A stretch of DNA of 64,000 nt, taken from the IMG/VR virus record IMGVR_UViG_3300050821_009430, positions 14,458 to 78,457 of that record, one strand, 5' to 3'. Each line of letters begins with the position of its first letter. Within the stretch, counting starts at the first letter, position 1. Positions 27,208 through 37,985 of this stretch are shown one piece after another. Below the pieces are notes generated by a model. The model was not told the DNA's origin. It ran no database searches and saw only the letters and a program-made list of their open reading frames with translations. Position numbers and translations under genes: made by a program. The DNA is from a virus.

Positions 27208-28498
27208 TAAGCGAGTGTGGTTCTGAGTTTACTTTTGATTGATCACTGCGGACGAAAATAGGAGAGTGTGATGCTATACGGCGAAGCCTCAATGGTTATT
27301 CTGGCACACCTTCGCGCCTACCGGGATCACTTGGATTCCCTCATAAAATATCTTGAGGAAATCAAGGTCTACCAGGAAAAGAATAGCATGGTCGTTACCA
27401 ACCCGGCACCAAATGGTGCCGCGCCTGCCGCTCCTCTTGGGTCTTACATGATTGGGTCCATCGGGGGAGGACCGGTGCCGCCGGCCATCCCCGTTGTGCC
27501 GAAGCAGGCGAATGAAGTTAGGAGTTTTTGTGGTCTGCCGGAAACTCCAAAGGCACTTTGAGCCATGCGCCGCTTTAAACCCACGCGCACGCGCAATGGT
27601 GGCTTCGGCCATTGCACTGCCAAATACTCGAAACACCCTGGAATACAGCATGGCCGCGCTTTGGAAGGTCAGCGCGCGGCCAGAAAACGAGCGCCTATCA
27701 AGAATCCATGTGCGTCAGTGCCCGAGGCCATAGCTGCATATCGGCCGCCTGGGAAAACCGTCACGCTCACCAAGGCCAAGTAAAATGAAAGCGGTGCACA
27801 AAAAGCGGATCGACTTCGGCAACCCCGTCAGAAACCTTGTGGGGCAGCCGGCCTACGGTAAGTCCCCGGCACGCGACAAAATACTAGACGCGCTGCTTGA
27901 TGCGATGGCGGCATTCGGAGGGACGTGCTGGGCACCCGTTGAAAAGGTCACGGACGGTAAAGCTGTGGAATGGACCTTGATGTTAAATCAGTGTCCAGGT
28001 GCATGCGGTCACGTCTGGAACTTGGTCATGAAAGACGATGCAATTTGCCAGTGGTTGGTGAACGAGATCAACCAACGCCGTTTGCTTTCTCCCACAGACC
28101 AAACAAATAAGTAATATTATGAGTAGACGCAAAAAACTTCGGTGGTCACTCCGTGAAGACCGTATCCTTGGTGAGTGGTCAAATCGCGGATTTGCATCTT
28201 GTTGTGCGCACCTAAAACGCCGCAGTGCTTCGGCGGTTTACCAGCGGCTACGCAAACTAGGTCTTGTGAAAAGATGAAAACAAAACTCACGGAAACCGGA
28301 TTTGTTGCCGTCAACGTCCTCACTAAGCCGCAGCACATGATGGTGTGGTCTGTTGCTGGTCAGGCCAGCGCGGTACGAAAGACAATCGCTGCGGCGTGGC
28401 CCGAGCGTCCAAACTCGCCAGATGGGTGGAAGAATGCAAAACGCGATGGCGTTCGTATTCGCAAGGTAAAAATCACCGCGCTCTAAAGACCTGACTGC

Positions 28499-28567
28499 GG
28501 CCATTTTGGCACTGTAACAATTCGTGATAATAGGCCATATTGACCGCTAGGCCGAATTGGCCCATAT
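28499..28567 (+). promoter_or_regulatory. RpoD promoter overlapped by GGCC-N5-GGCC-type operators
   Basis: TTGAC (28540-44)-N17-CCATAT; operators GGCCATTTTGGCA (28499), GGCCATATTGACC (28533), GGCCGAATTGGCC (28550). Confidence 0.65.
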
Positions 28568-28778
28568 AAGACTTGTCACGGGCGCTTGATGCCCAGATGG
28601 AGAAGCAGATGACCCGCAAAGAACATTTCCACCTCTTAAGCACCCTCCACGAATACCGGGAAGTGTGTGAGCGAATTGCGGATAACGAGGATCAGGTTAT
28701 CACGCTCGGCATGTTCCGGCGCTTGAGTGCTGCGATCAAAATTATCGAAAATCAGCCAAGCGAAATTGAGAGCGGGGA

Positions 28779-28979
28779 ATGACCGCCAACCAATACCGCG
28801 CAATGCTCAGCCGCCTTGGTCTCTCTCAGGCCGGGGCGGCACGCCTTCTTCAGATCGGCGAGCGCACCGCGCGGCGTTGGGCACAAGAGGGCGTGGAAGG
28901 AACGGCGGTTATTGTGCTTCGGCTGTTGGCCGCTAAGAAGATCACTCAGGAAGATGTCGAATCCGTCCACGAACATTAG
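28779..28979 (+). CDS. Xre/Cro-like HTH transcriptional regulator
   Basis: MTANQYR..L.RLGLSQAGAARLLQIGERTARRW. Confidence 0.8.
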   Translation: MTANQYRAMLSRLGLSQAGAARLLQIGERTARRWAQEGVEGTAVIVLRLLAAKKITQEDVESVHEH

Positions 28980-29422
28980 TTCACTTGTCCACAGGGACCG
29001 GGCATGATTTTACAAATTCGCCAGAGGGTAAGGAGCCGACGCGCACCTGAGATTATGGCGGCAAACGGCGGATCCGGTTTAACCGGGGTCTTACCCCGCC
29101 ACCTGTCTGCGGCGAGCCGCTTTGGTTTCGGCCAAGCGCGTCAGCGGTATTCATCGCAGCGGGATTTCGGCCCCACAAAATTGCTAAACTCATTCGCAGA
29201 GACCGCACAGGCAGGAGCCAATTATGACCGTTGCCGCCGATGTCGATATGAGCGCCGAAAGGCTTTTCCAAATCAGTTGGGGCCTCGTTTACAAATGTGT
29301 CTGCGCTCCGGCTGCCTGGGATGCTGACAGGGTATCCGACGAGGCGACGCGCGCTACAGCCGTGGCAGCACGGATAAGATCGCCGAGGTTATGAAGCTTC
29401 GGGCCGGCGCGCGAGAGGTTGC

Positions 29423-29737
29423 GTGATGGCTGATCGAGCACACCTAGAACGCCTGACCCGCGAACTTACCGATTCCGGCAAGCTGATCGAGGTTGGCTGG
29501 ATCAGTATGCGTCTCGCCTGCGATCTAATTGATGCACCAGCAGACCAACTCCACGAAATGTGGATGGCATTCTTTGCCGGCGCGCAGCACTTGTTCGGCA
29601 GCATCATGACCGTCCTTGATCCCGGCGAGGAACCGACCAACAAAGATTTGCAGCGCATGGACCTGATCGACAAAGAACTTAAGGCGTTCATCGCTGATTT
29701 TTCAATGCGACACATTCCAACGAAAGGCACAGCATGA
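29423..29737 (+). CDS. conserved hypothetical protein
   Basis: AP.DQL.EM..AFFAGAQHLF motif. Confidence 0.65.
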   Translation: MMADRAHLERLTRELTDSGKLIEVGWISMRLACDLIDAPADQLHEMWMAFFAGAQHLFGSIMTVLDPGEEPTNKDLQRMDLIDKELKAFIADFSMRHIPTKGTA

Positions 29738-29976
29738 CCGACCTTGAGCACTTGCTTACTGGCGCGATGCACGAAATTCGCGACCTGCGACGGCGCAATG
29801 AAATCCTTTCGGCCAAGGTCGAAATGATCGACCTCTTTGCCGTTGTGCTTCACACCGAGCCAAAATACCCCTCGATCGGCATGTCTGAGGACGTGGCTTG
29901 GAAACTCCAAAAGAAGCTCGATGAATTGCGGTTGGAGGAAGAACGTCGGCCGCGAGCGGCAGAGATTGTGTGCTAG
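29734..29976 (+). CDS. coiled-coil hypothetical protein
   Basis: EIRDLRRRNEILSAKVE; ATGA-coupled. Confidence 0.6.
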   Translation: MTDLEHLLTGAMHEIRDLRRRNEILSAKVEMIDLFAVVLHTEPKYPSIGMSEDVAWKLQKKLDELRLEEERRPRAAEIVC

Positions 29977-29991
29977 TAACGGGAGAGCGCG

Positions 29992-30249
29992 ATGATCTGG
30001 ACAGAGAACGACGCGAAGGCCCTGTGGTGTCCGATGACGCGAGTCGGCGATTTCAACTTAGGTGGCACCGCCAATCGCCCGGATGGCAGCGTCAATTGCT
30101 TGGCCTCGGGCTGCATGATGTGGCGCAAGTCCGGTCAGATCGGACTCGGCCCCAACGGCGAGAAGCGCGACCGAGATATGGACGGCCGCACGCGCTGGCT
30201 GGACACCGGATATTGTGGGCTGGCGGGGAAGCCAGATCGCTCAAGCTAA
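29992..30249 (+). CDS. Cys-rich conserved phage protein
   Basis: WCPMTR...CLASGCMMWR...GYCGLAGKP. Confidence 0.7.
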   Translation: MIWTENDAKALWCPMTRVGDFNLGGTANRPDGSVNCLASGCMMWRKSGQIGLGPNGEKRDRDMDGRTRWLDTGYCGLAGKPDRSS

Positions 30250-30543
30250 TGAATGGGAAGCAAGGCAATGCCGCTTGAACTTAACCAGGTAGCCACTCTC
30301 GCCCGCGCTCTTGAGCTCGGCGAAGGGCAAATATGGCGTCGCGATGAAAAACGCTTCCGAGGGCGGCAACGGTATGTGCGCATACAGTTTGTTTGCATCG
30401 GCGGCAAGCGTGTCCGCGTGCAGGCTTGCAAACGTGATGGAACGATCCCGGCCGGTTCACGATCAACGGAAGTTGCTGCAAGCCGTTTCGGCCGGCGCGG
30501 CGGGTTTGCGCGATAATGATGAATAACCGAACGAGGATTTGAA

Positions 30544-30837
30544 ATGAGGCCGCCAGTCATCGTCGAAATTGCCCGTGAGCGGGAACGTCAAATCAGCGGC
30601 GAAGGTTACAATTACGGCCACGACGATGCTCATCACACCGGCGACATCGCCCGGCTGGCCTGCATGTACGCAAATCCGACGCGCGACCTTGTTTATGCGG
30701 CGATGGAAAAATATTGGGGCGACGTTTCTGATTGGCTAAAGCACAAGACACGCAGGCGCGATCTAATCCGCGCGGCGGCTCTTATCGTCGCAGAAATCGA
30801 ACGGTTGGATCGGTCGGAAGAAAAGAGCACGCGGTGA
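30544..30837 (+). CDS. conserved phage hypothetical protein
   Basis: ERERQISGEG....HDDAH...RRDLIRAAALIVAEIERLDR. Confidence 0.75.
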   Translation: MRPPVIVEIARERERQISGEGYNYGHDDAHHTGDIARLACMYANPTRDLVYAAMEKYWGDVSDWLKHKTRRRDLIRAAALIVAEIERLDRSEEKSTR

Positions 30838-31357
30838 CGGACGGTATGCTGACATGGCTCGATGCGAAGCAAAACTCTCGAAGGACTATCTTCGGTCGTG
30901 TCGTGACCGGCCAGAAATCGATGGTCAATGTCGGCGTGTTGCGATGTGGTTGATCGACGGCAAGAAGGTCTGCGGAGAGCACGCATCGCTTATCTTGCTT
31001 GAGCACGCGAAGCGCGCGGGCGTTATTGAGCCTGTAGAGGTCGCCCCAGGGGAGCGGGAATACCGCCAAACTGTTGCGGAATAAGCGGGAGAAAATTATG
31101 GCGAATGGAGCAAAGATCATTCAAGGGTTGAAGCAAGCCGTAGCTGGCAATTTTGTCCGCGTTACGGTCGAAGGCCAAACCTGGGTGCGGCTGCCAGATC
31201 GCGACGCGAGCGCCGACAACTATCCATCACAGTTTGCAATGGAGGGGGCTGTCGAGCTTGAGGTCTATAATGCTCTTGGTCGCGTGCAGACGCAGACCAT
31301 AGGCAAGGTTATTCAGCGCGCCATCGACAAAGCTCTGAACGCTAAAGCTACTGCGCC

Positions 31358-31735
31358 ATGACTGCGAAGGGAAATAAGGTGCTCAATTTTGTCTGGCCCG
31401 AGAAAAGCTATCAGTCGCTTGATCGCGGCATCCGCTTCGCAGTGCGCGTTTTACATGCGGCTGGGTTTGAGACGTGTCAGTCGTGCCAAGGAGGCAAAGG
31501 ACACGCCTACGATCAACCTACTGTCGATCTGAGGGCCGAAGCCGACGACGCTCGTGGCTTTGGGGCACTCGCCGCGCTGCGAACTTATGGCCTGCCGATT
31601 GCAGAGGTCGCAATCGTTTGGCCCGTGCGCAATGGCTATCCCTACGAAAAGCTGTGGCGCATCACATTCAATAAAACGATGGAAGATCGCGCAGACGAAA
31701 AGCCCATTTTCGTTTTTGGCTACATGGCGACTTAA
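31358..31735 (+). CDS. conserved hypothetical protein
   Basis: LDRGI..AV.VL...G.ET..SCQGG.GHAY. Confidence 0.65.
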   Translation: MTAKGNKVLNFVWPEKSYQSLDRGIRFAVRVLHAAGFETCQSCQGGKGHAYDQPTVDLRAEADDARGFGALAALRTYGLPIAEVAIVWPVRNGYPYEKLWRITFNKTMEDRADEKPIFVFGYMAT

Positions 31736-32500
31736 CGCGCTAACGCGGCATAAGCTTGGAGAGATCGACGTGCCTTGGTTTCCAGATAGCGAGAGCGGTG
31801 CCTTCGCCGACGTGGTCGAGGACCATGTTGCTATTGGAGATCAAGTCAAACGCTTCGGCGGAACGAGCAAATATAGGAGTGGCCGAGTGACTGGGTTTTG
31901 CCCCAACGGCGAGGTCCGCGTTGACGTTGGCGGAGGCCAAGGTCGTATTTGGCCACGAGATCAAACGAGAGTCTACTATGGCACCACGGAAAGCATTCCG
32001 GCACAGACCTCAGAGCCCACGCAGCCATCCCCGACGATAGAGGCCACTGAAATTGAAGTTGTATCGCACGTCACTTGGACGCCAGAGGGTGCCGCAAAAA
32101 GACCGCGATGGCGCAAGGTAGGTCGCGCCGGAGTCGTGGAGAAGTTTTTCTATTGGAACGATTCACCGACGACAGTCCGCGTCAATTTTCCGCACGACTT
32201 CGATATCTGCTTTATCTATGACCTAAAACTTGTACGTTGATGGGGAGATAGCGCAAATGACCTTAAAACTTACAAATACGCCTGCCGGTGTCGTGATCCG
32301 AGAGATATCGGCCAGCGGAGAATGCGCCTATCGCGTCACGCCGTTGGGTGAATGGCACTATTGCGGCGATCACAAAGGACCATGGCTCTGCATTTCTGCT
32401 GACAAGGTGCCCGCGCGCGTTCGGGATGCGTTAGCCAAATTTGACACCGCGAACGGATTAGCGGTCGCTTAAATTCGATTACGCTAAACAGGAGTGACCG

Positions 32501-32794
32501 ATGTCAAACTGCGAACTCTGCGGCGAACCGATGCCGGAAGGCGAAGAAATGTTCAAATACCACGGCTACAGTGGGCCATGCCCAAAGCCGCCATTGGAAA
32601 AGGTCCGCGCCGGGGTTAGCGGCATTGTTCCTCAAGGACCGACTTTCCACTGGAAAGATGGTTGGTTCTTTTGCCGAGGCGAAGGGTTGGCCGTTCATAT
32701 CTGGAACACGGAGCACGGCGCCGAACTGATAATCCCGCGCGGCGAATGGGATTCAATAGTCGGCCATCTTTCCCATCCCGATACGCCGCGCTGA
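32501..32794 (+). CDS. hypothetical protein with CxxC
   Basis: SD CAGGAG; CELCGEPMP.GEEMFKYHGYSGPCP. Confidence 0.65.
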   Translation: MSNCELCGEPMPEGEEMFKYHGYSGPCPKPPLEKVRAGVSGIVPQGPTFHWKDGWFFCRGEGLAVHIWNTEHGAELIIPRGEWDSIVGHLSHPDTPR

Positions 32795-33105
32795 GCATCC
32801 GAAAGCAAGGACTGCCATGAACATCGTTCATCCGATCCACGATACCAATGTCACGAAGATCAGGCGCGCACTGGTAGCAGCCCTTCCCGTCGTCAAGGAC
32901 GACATCAGGTCCATAATTGAGGGGCACTGTCATCCCGAGACAACACGGCGCCCAGGATCGATCCAATCTATAACCGGACACTGGTTCAACGAGGATACGA
33001 TCGATCAAGAGGTTCTTAAAGAGCTTAAGAAACTTCGCTCAATTGAAGCCAAGATCGTCGCTGCGGTCGAGATACTGAATTTTTGATCGCAGTGAGCGTC
33101 AGTGA

Positions 33106-33342
33106 ATGCGAGGGACGATGAGCCAAAGATCAATGCTTGAATTTAACCACGACTATTGCCCGTCTGCCGGCGATGAGGCGGCTTTCGTTCACGCACTTGT
33201 TAGTTATTTACGCTCTGGTGACCCAGGACAGTTGCCGCGCGGCGTCACGTGGTTTGGCCGCCGCCATCATTCCGATGAATGCTCTCTTGGTGAACCGCCG
33301 CTCGGATGGGACAATTTAGGGAAGCGGGCGGCCACGTCATGA
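33106..33342 (+). CDS. hypothetical protein
   Basis: EFNHDY...YLRSG...RRHHSD. Confidence 0.55.
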   Translation: MRGTMSQRSMLEFNHDYCPSAGDEAAFVHALVSYLRSGDPGQLPRGVTWFGRRHHSDECSLGEPPLGWDNLGKRAATS

Positions 33343-35525
33343 GACTACGCAAACTCCTTTGTTGGTGGAGAGGCTTTCATACCTGGAAGCACCGCCGTAA
33401 TCATGCCAAGCGGGATTGCACCTGCTGCGGCCGAGAAGAATGGTTATTTAGCGGAGAGTGGGGCGGCAATCCCCAATGGAAACAAATGCGCCGTACTTGG
33501 GCAATTCGCTAGCGTGTCGTCACGGAACAGACAAATGACTGAGGATTGGCGAACATTCGAGTGCATGGAGTGCGGCGACATTGAGGATATCGACGTTTCG
33601 GAAATGACCGCTGTAACCATATACCCATGCAAATGCTGCGGCTATCCTCTCGAATGTATTGACGGCGTAATCGAGTTTGCAGATCAGTAGTCACAAAAAT
33701 GAAACAGCAGCCGACATTCACCTATCAGATTTGGCAAGATGGCATGATGGTTGCCAGCGCCACATCGACCGACAAGGCCACCGCCAAACGCGAAGGACTG
33801 CGCTATCTCCACCAGTACGCCCAGGACGGCTCCGCAACGATACGCGGCCCCGATGTGGATATGACGGTCGAACATTCACGCTGACATCACACAAATGAAC
33901 CTCACCGCGCTCAAAAATCAATGCGAACTCTCTGGTGGGTGCCGGTCGCCGCTGTATCAATGTGGCCGCTGTCCGTTCCGGGCGGGAGTCGCTTGGCGAG
34001 CGTCCGAGCTTGAGCGCGTGCTGCGGATGGGATTGCAGTTGGGAGAGAGCGGCGGCCACGGCTCAGGAAACAAGTGCCCCACATGCCACTTTGTCCGTGA
34101 GGCGCGTAAGGCTCTCGGTAATATCAAAGGAGAAAACTAAAATGGCTGAAATCGAACGCGGGGAGTTGCTGAACAGTCTAATGCCGTTTGCGCTCTACTA
34201 TGAGAACAAGATCAAGAACACGATGGCTCAATTGCCTGGAAACACTCCGCTATTTGATGGCGCGTTCACTATTGATGATTTTCTCGGGCCCTGGATGATA
34301 ATGCACAATGACGACCAGGGCGCTCCTGTCTTTGATGCAGTCGTTAAAGATCAAGCGCGGTGACGATGACAAACCGAGGACAGAATGGCTGACACTTTAG
34401 CTAGTTTGATTGGCGGCGCATGGCTGATCTTCATGATCGTGGCCGTTGTGATGGCGATCTGCCGGGGATGTGGGTCATGCTGAGAGCCGAAGTCATCTGG
34501 CGCGCTAGACTGGCATGGGACGCCATAGCCGCGATCGGCTGCATCCTGTCAGTCATAGCAGCCTTCGCAATCTTCGCGCCCTGTGCCGTCCTGTGGCTCG
34601 CTGTACCACCATGGAGAACGTCATGAACAGAGCTCAACTTATTGAATGGCTGCGTGGGTGCACCCATGGACGCCCAACGGCTTCCGGCTTTCCGAGCCAA
34701 GATGGTGCTCCGTTTCAGGAGGCGGCGCACATGCTTGATCGGGATGGTGGGGCGCTGCAAATGGCGCTCGATGACCTTGAGCGCGTGGCCGGCGATGATG
34801 ATGACTTCTCGGACACGATCCAGGTAATCAATTCGGCGCTCGGTTGTGAGCAGAAAGCGGACTCCAAATGATGAGATTTGTAATCGAAACATGGCCGATC
34901 TGGATGTGGATTGGTTTAAGCGGCCTCGCCATTCTCGCCACAATTTCACGCATGTAAGTGATGAGTTTGGAGGTATTTATGACAACAAAAATAACAATCG
35001 ATAGTACCTCTTATGCTGGAGAGGATGATGAGTTTGTGTTGCTCATTAGCCTTTCCGGTTTTGCTGACAAGGGACAGGTCGTGCGGATGCAAGACCATAT
35101 TCATCATTTTTTTCTTGAACGGTTTTCTGGCAAAGATATTGAGCGCGCTCCTGGACAACAAGTAGATTCAAAATGAAACTTGCCTGTGTGCTATTGGGCT
35201 TCGCTTGTCTCCGCGATCCAGCAATGGAAACACCATTCAATCCGCCGTCATGGCCTTGGCCCGGTGAATGGGCCGTCGAATATAATGGACAGACAAGTGC
35301 GCCTGCTCCGTTTGGAGAGGCCATCAAGATATTCATTCCAGCCTGCCAGCCCTTCAAGGTCGTCGGTTATGTATCAGGAGAGAACTGGTTTATGTTCCGT
35401 ACCCAACGAGAAGCGGGCACTGATGATATTATGATTTTGACGCTTGGTGACCCAAACAAAGAATCTTTGGTGCCGCCCGTTAAACCATGTTCAGCACCAG
35501 TTTCGTGATAGATGAGTAGTAAACA

Positions 35526-36479
35526 ATGGATTGGCCTTCTTTCCTAACAACACACAATATCGATTATATAACTGCCGGGCCAAATACAAGGAAAGGAGAA
35601 ATATCCATTAGATGCCCGTGGTGTGGTGATGACGACCCATCTGAACATTTATCAATTTCATTAAGCAAAGATGCTTTTGGATGTTGGAGAAACACTAAAC
35701 ATGCCGGTTACAAGCCCACTCGTTTGATAGCTGCTCTATTGGGGTGCTCTTTCAGTCATGCACAAAACATTGTGCAGCAATATAGTGCCCCCGACGCAGG
35801 TGCTTTTGATGATGCCATGGCAATGCTACAAGCCACGGCTAAGCCACCACAGCGGCCCAATGCTTTAGTAGGGGGGCTACCTAGTGCATTTAGGCAAATC
35901 AAGCCAGCGGGCCTTACAGGCCGCTTTTGGCACTACCTATTGCAGCGGGGCTTTGATGATGTTCTTGCATTAATTACCGAATACAAACTTTTGTGCTGCC
36001 AAACCGGCCGTTGGAAAGATAGGATAATACTACCGCTGTACCAGAAACAATCACTAATCGGGTGGACTGGGCGTGCCATTCAGCCCACCACCAAAGCCCC
36101 GCGCTACTTAAGCTCTTCAGAAGCAATTAAGCATACTATCTTCAATGAAGACCATTTAACTGATGGGGGCAAAACTCTTTACATAACCGAAGGGCCATTT
36201 GATGCTCTGAAAATAGATTTCTACGGCAAAAAATTTGGGTCACAAGCCACTTGTCTTTTTGGTGTCAACCCTACAATTAGTCAGATAGCCATCTTACATA
36301 CTATTCTGTCCAGTTTTGAGAAGGTTGTAATTCTATTTGATGCAGAAGCATTTGAAGCGGCTCTTTCATTACACGATTCACTCTCTGTAAAAAATGTAAC
36401 TATTGGAAGCCTACCTACCGGGGTTAAAGATCCCGGTGAACTCTGCCCCCCTCAGGTAGAGCAATTCCTTAAAACTTAA
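35526..36479 (+). CDS. DnaG-like DNA primase
   Basis: Zinc finger CPWCGDD..EHL...CWR; RIILP...GWTGRAI...RYL; TOPRIM ITEGPFD, LFDAEA, KDPGE. Confidence 0.88.
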   Translation: MDWPSFLTTHNIDYITAGPNTRKGEISIRCPWCGDDDPSEHLSISLSKDAFGCWRNTKHAGYKPTRLIAALLGCSFSHAQNIVQQYSAPDAGAFDDAMAMLQATAKPPQRPNALVGGLPSAFRQIKPAGLTGRFWHYLLQRGFDDVLALITEYKLLCCQTGRWKDRIILPLYQKQSLIGWTGRAIQPTTKAPRYLSSSEAIKHTIFNEDHLTDGGKTLYITEGPFDALKIDFYGKKFGSQATCLFGVNPTISQIAILHTILSSFEKVVILFDAEAFEAALSLHDSLSVKNVTIGSLPTGVKDPGELCPPQVEQFLKT

Positions 36480-36552
36480 TTTTTCTTATTGTATCCTGAC
36501 CTGACTGCATTGTAGCATTCTTGGGACTACTCGAATTTAAGGGTGGGGTGAC

Positions 36553-37095
36553 ATGCGGCATGAGCGCATAGCAACAGTGTGGGAGCCAGAGTGGGAAGGG
36601 GCAATCAAAAATTGGGCAACTTCCTTTATCAAAAAACAACAATGGCGCTGCGATAAAATTTACGAATTTGAGGACCTTCTACAAGAAGCCTACGTTCTTT
36701 TTCTAAAGCTGGCAGCGCGTTACCCCAGAGTAGTTGAACCGGCCCATTTCATGGCCTTGTTCAAAACATCACTGAGTAATTTCATCCATGACAAATCAAT
36801 TTACCTCCAACGAAAAAAAGAATGTCATGTCGACGTTGGAGTTGATATATCGGACTTTTGTATTAGTCATATCGGTGAGACTACCAATGCCGGGCTGACC
36901 ATGCTCTTGCTTAACGAAGCACCGCAAGAACTGCGTTTGGCATTGGCGTTAGTAACCGATGATCCAGCCTCTTTGGGGGCACCTATTAACCCCAGAAAAC
37001 CCCGTGAGAACTTGAATATGAAGTTGAGACGTATTCTTGGTCTTGAGAACACTTTTGATTTCAAAGCAGCACTTATCGATCTGCTACTCAACTAA
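36553..37095 (+). CDS. sigma-factor-like protein (region-2 homology)
   Basis: EFEDLLQEAYVLFLK...Y......HF...F...L.NF.HD; promoter-like TTGTAT-N18-TAGCAT upstream. Confidence 0.6.
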   Translation: MRHERIATVWEPEWEGAIKNWATSFIKKQQWRCDKIYEFEDLLQEAYVLFLKLAARYPRVVEPAHFMALFKTSLSNFIHDKSIYLQRKKECHVDVGVDISDFCISHIGETTNAGLTMLLLNEAPQELRLALALVTDDPASLGAPINPRKPRENLNMKLRRILGLENTFDFKAALIDLLLN

Positions 37096-37107
37096 GGAGC
37101 ATCCCGA

Positions 37108-37731
37108 ATGCCGAATGATATAGAAAACGAATTGATCGAAGCCACTAAGTTCAGGACACCCCCAGGGGGCTATTCAGCGCGCCAAGATCATTTGGGTGGC
37201 TTAGCACGGGCTGCCAATAAACTCACCGACGATCAATTTGACGAGCTGACCGATGATGCAGCAAATTGGGTTTCTTCTGCAATCAAAGCATTAAATGGCA
37301 AAGCTGAGATACCAGAATTTGACGATTACAAAGCTGCTGAAGAAGCTGGAAGTGAGATTGAGGAAGAAGGGGCTGAGACTAAAACAGCACGATCAAAAAC
37401 TCCTAAAAAGAAGGATGCCCAAGAAGTCATAGCCAAGCCTTCTAAACTCAAGCCTTCAGGCAAGAAACAAAAAGTATCTGAAACCCGTTATGACAACTTG
37501 ACGGGAGAACGCAACCGCTATGGGATCATTGTAGGAACTAAAACCCACGAAGCTATCTTACTCTATGAAGAAGGCATCACATCCGCCGGTATCAAAGAGA
37601 AGCTTGGTGGCAGATTCTACAACATCCTTAAAACACTTGAAGAAAAAGGCCACCGCGTAGAACGGTTGCCGGGTGGGGTTTTCAAGCTAACTCATGCTGA
37701 AGATATAGGGACTAAAAAGGGTAAGAAATGA
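37108..37731 (+). CDS. putative DNA-binding protein with C-terminal winged helix
   Basis: YGIIVGTKTHEAILLYEEGIT...IKEKLGGRFYNILKTLEEKGH resembles the C-terminus of ORF 18874. Confidence 0.6.
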   Translation: MPNDIENELIEATKFRTPPGGYSARQDHLGGLARAANKLTDDQFDELTDDAANWVSSAIKALNGKAEIPEFDDYKAAEEAGSEIEEEGAETKTARSKTPKKKDAQEVIAKPSKLKPSGKKQKVSETRYDNLTGERNRYGIIVGTKTHEAILLYEEGITSAGIKEKLGGRFYNILKTLEEKGHRVERLPGGVFKLTHAEDIGTKKGKK

Positions 37732-37985
37732 ACCGGAATCCAAAGGAGCTTGCCAAACGAATATTGGAAATAGAAGCCGTTTATTCCAATGACATCCAAT
37801 TCAGCTTAACTAATCTTGGGTTACGGCTAACATTTGGCGAAACATCGCTCATTCAGGATGAGCCACCAACTCATCGAATCGCGGTGTTCATCCCAGCCCC
37901 TATTATTGAACCGTTCATGACTGGGCTTAAAAACGTCATGGAACAACACGCTCAGAATAATGCTCCGCCAGAAAAAACCAACTGA
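37728..37985 (+). CDS. DUF3467-like small protein
   Basis: AVYSN..........RLTFG......AVFIP. Confidence 0.55.
   Translation: MNRNPKELAKRILEIEAVYSNDIQFSLTNLGLRLTFGETSLIQDEPPTHRIAVFIPAPIIEPFMTGLKNVMEQHAQNNAPPEKTN

Larger units (their letters stand above)
27268..35508 (+). other. accessory island of about 28 short co-oriented hypothetical ORFs
   Basis: Densely overlapping 55-230 aa ORFs (e.g. 27268, 27565, 27785, 28274, 28609, 30268, 30854, 31098, 32230, 32817, 33339, 33535, 33699, 33895, 34142, 34623, 34958, 35173); visibly richer in TCG/CGA/GATC than its flanks. Confidence 0.65.
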
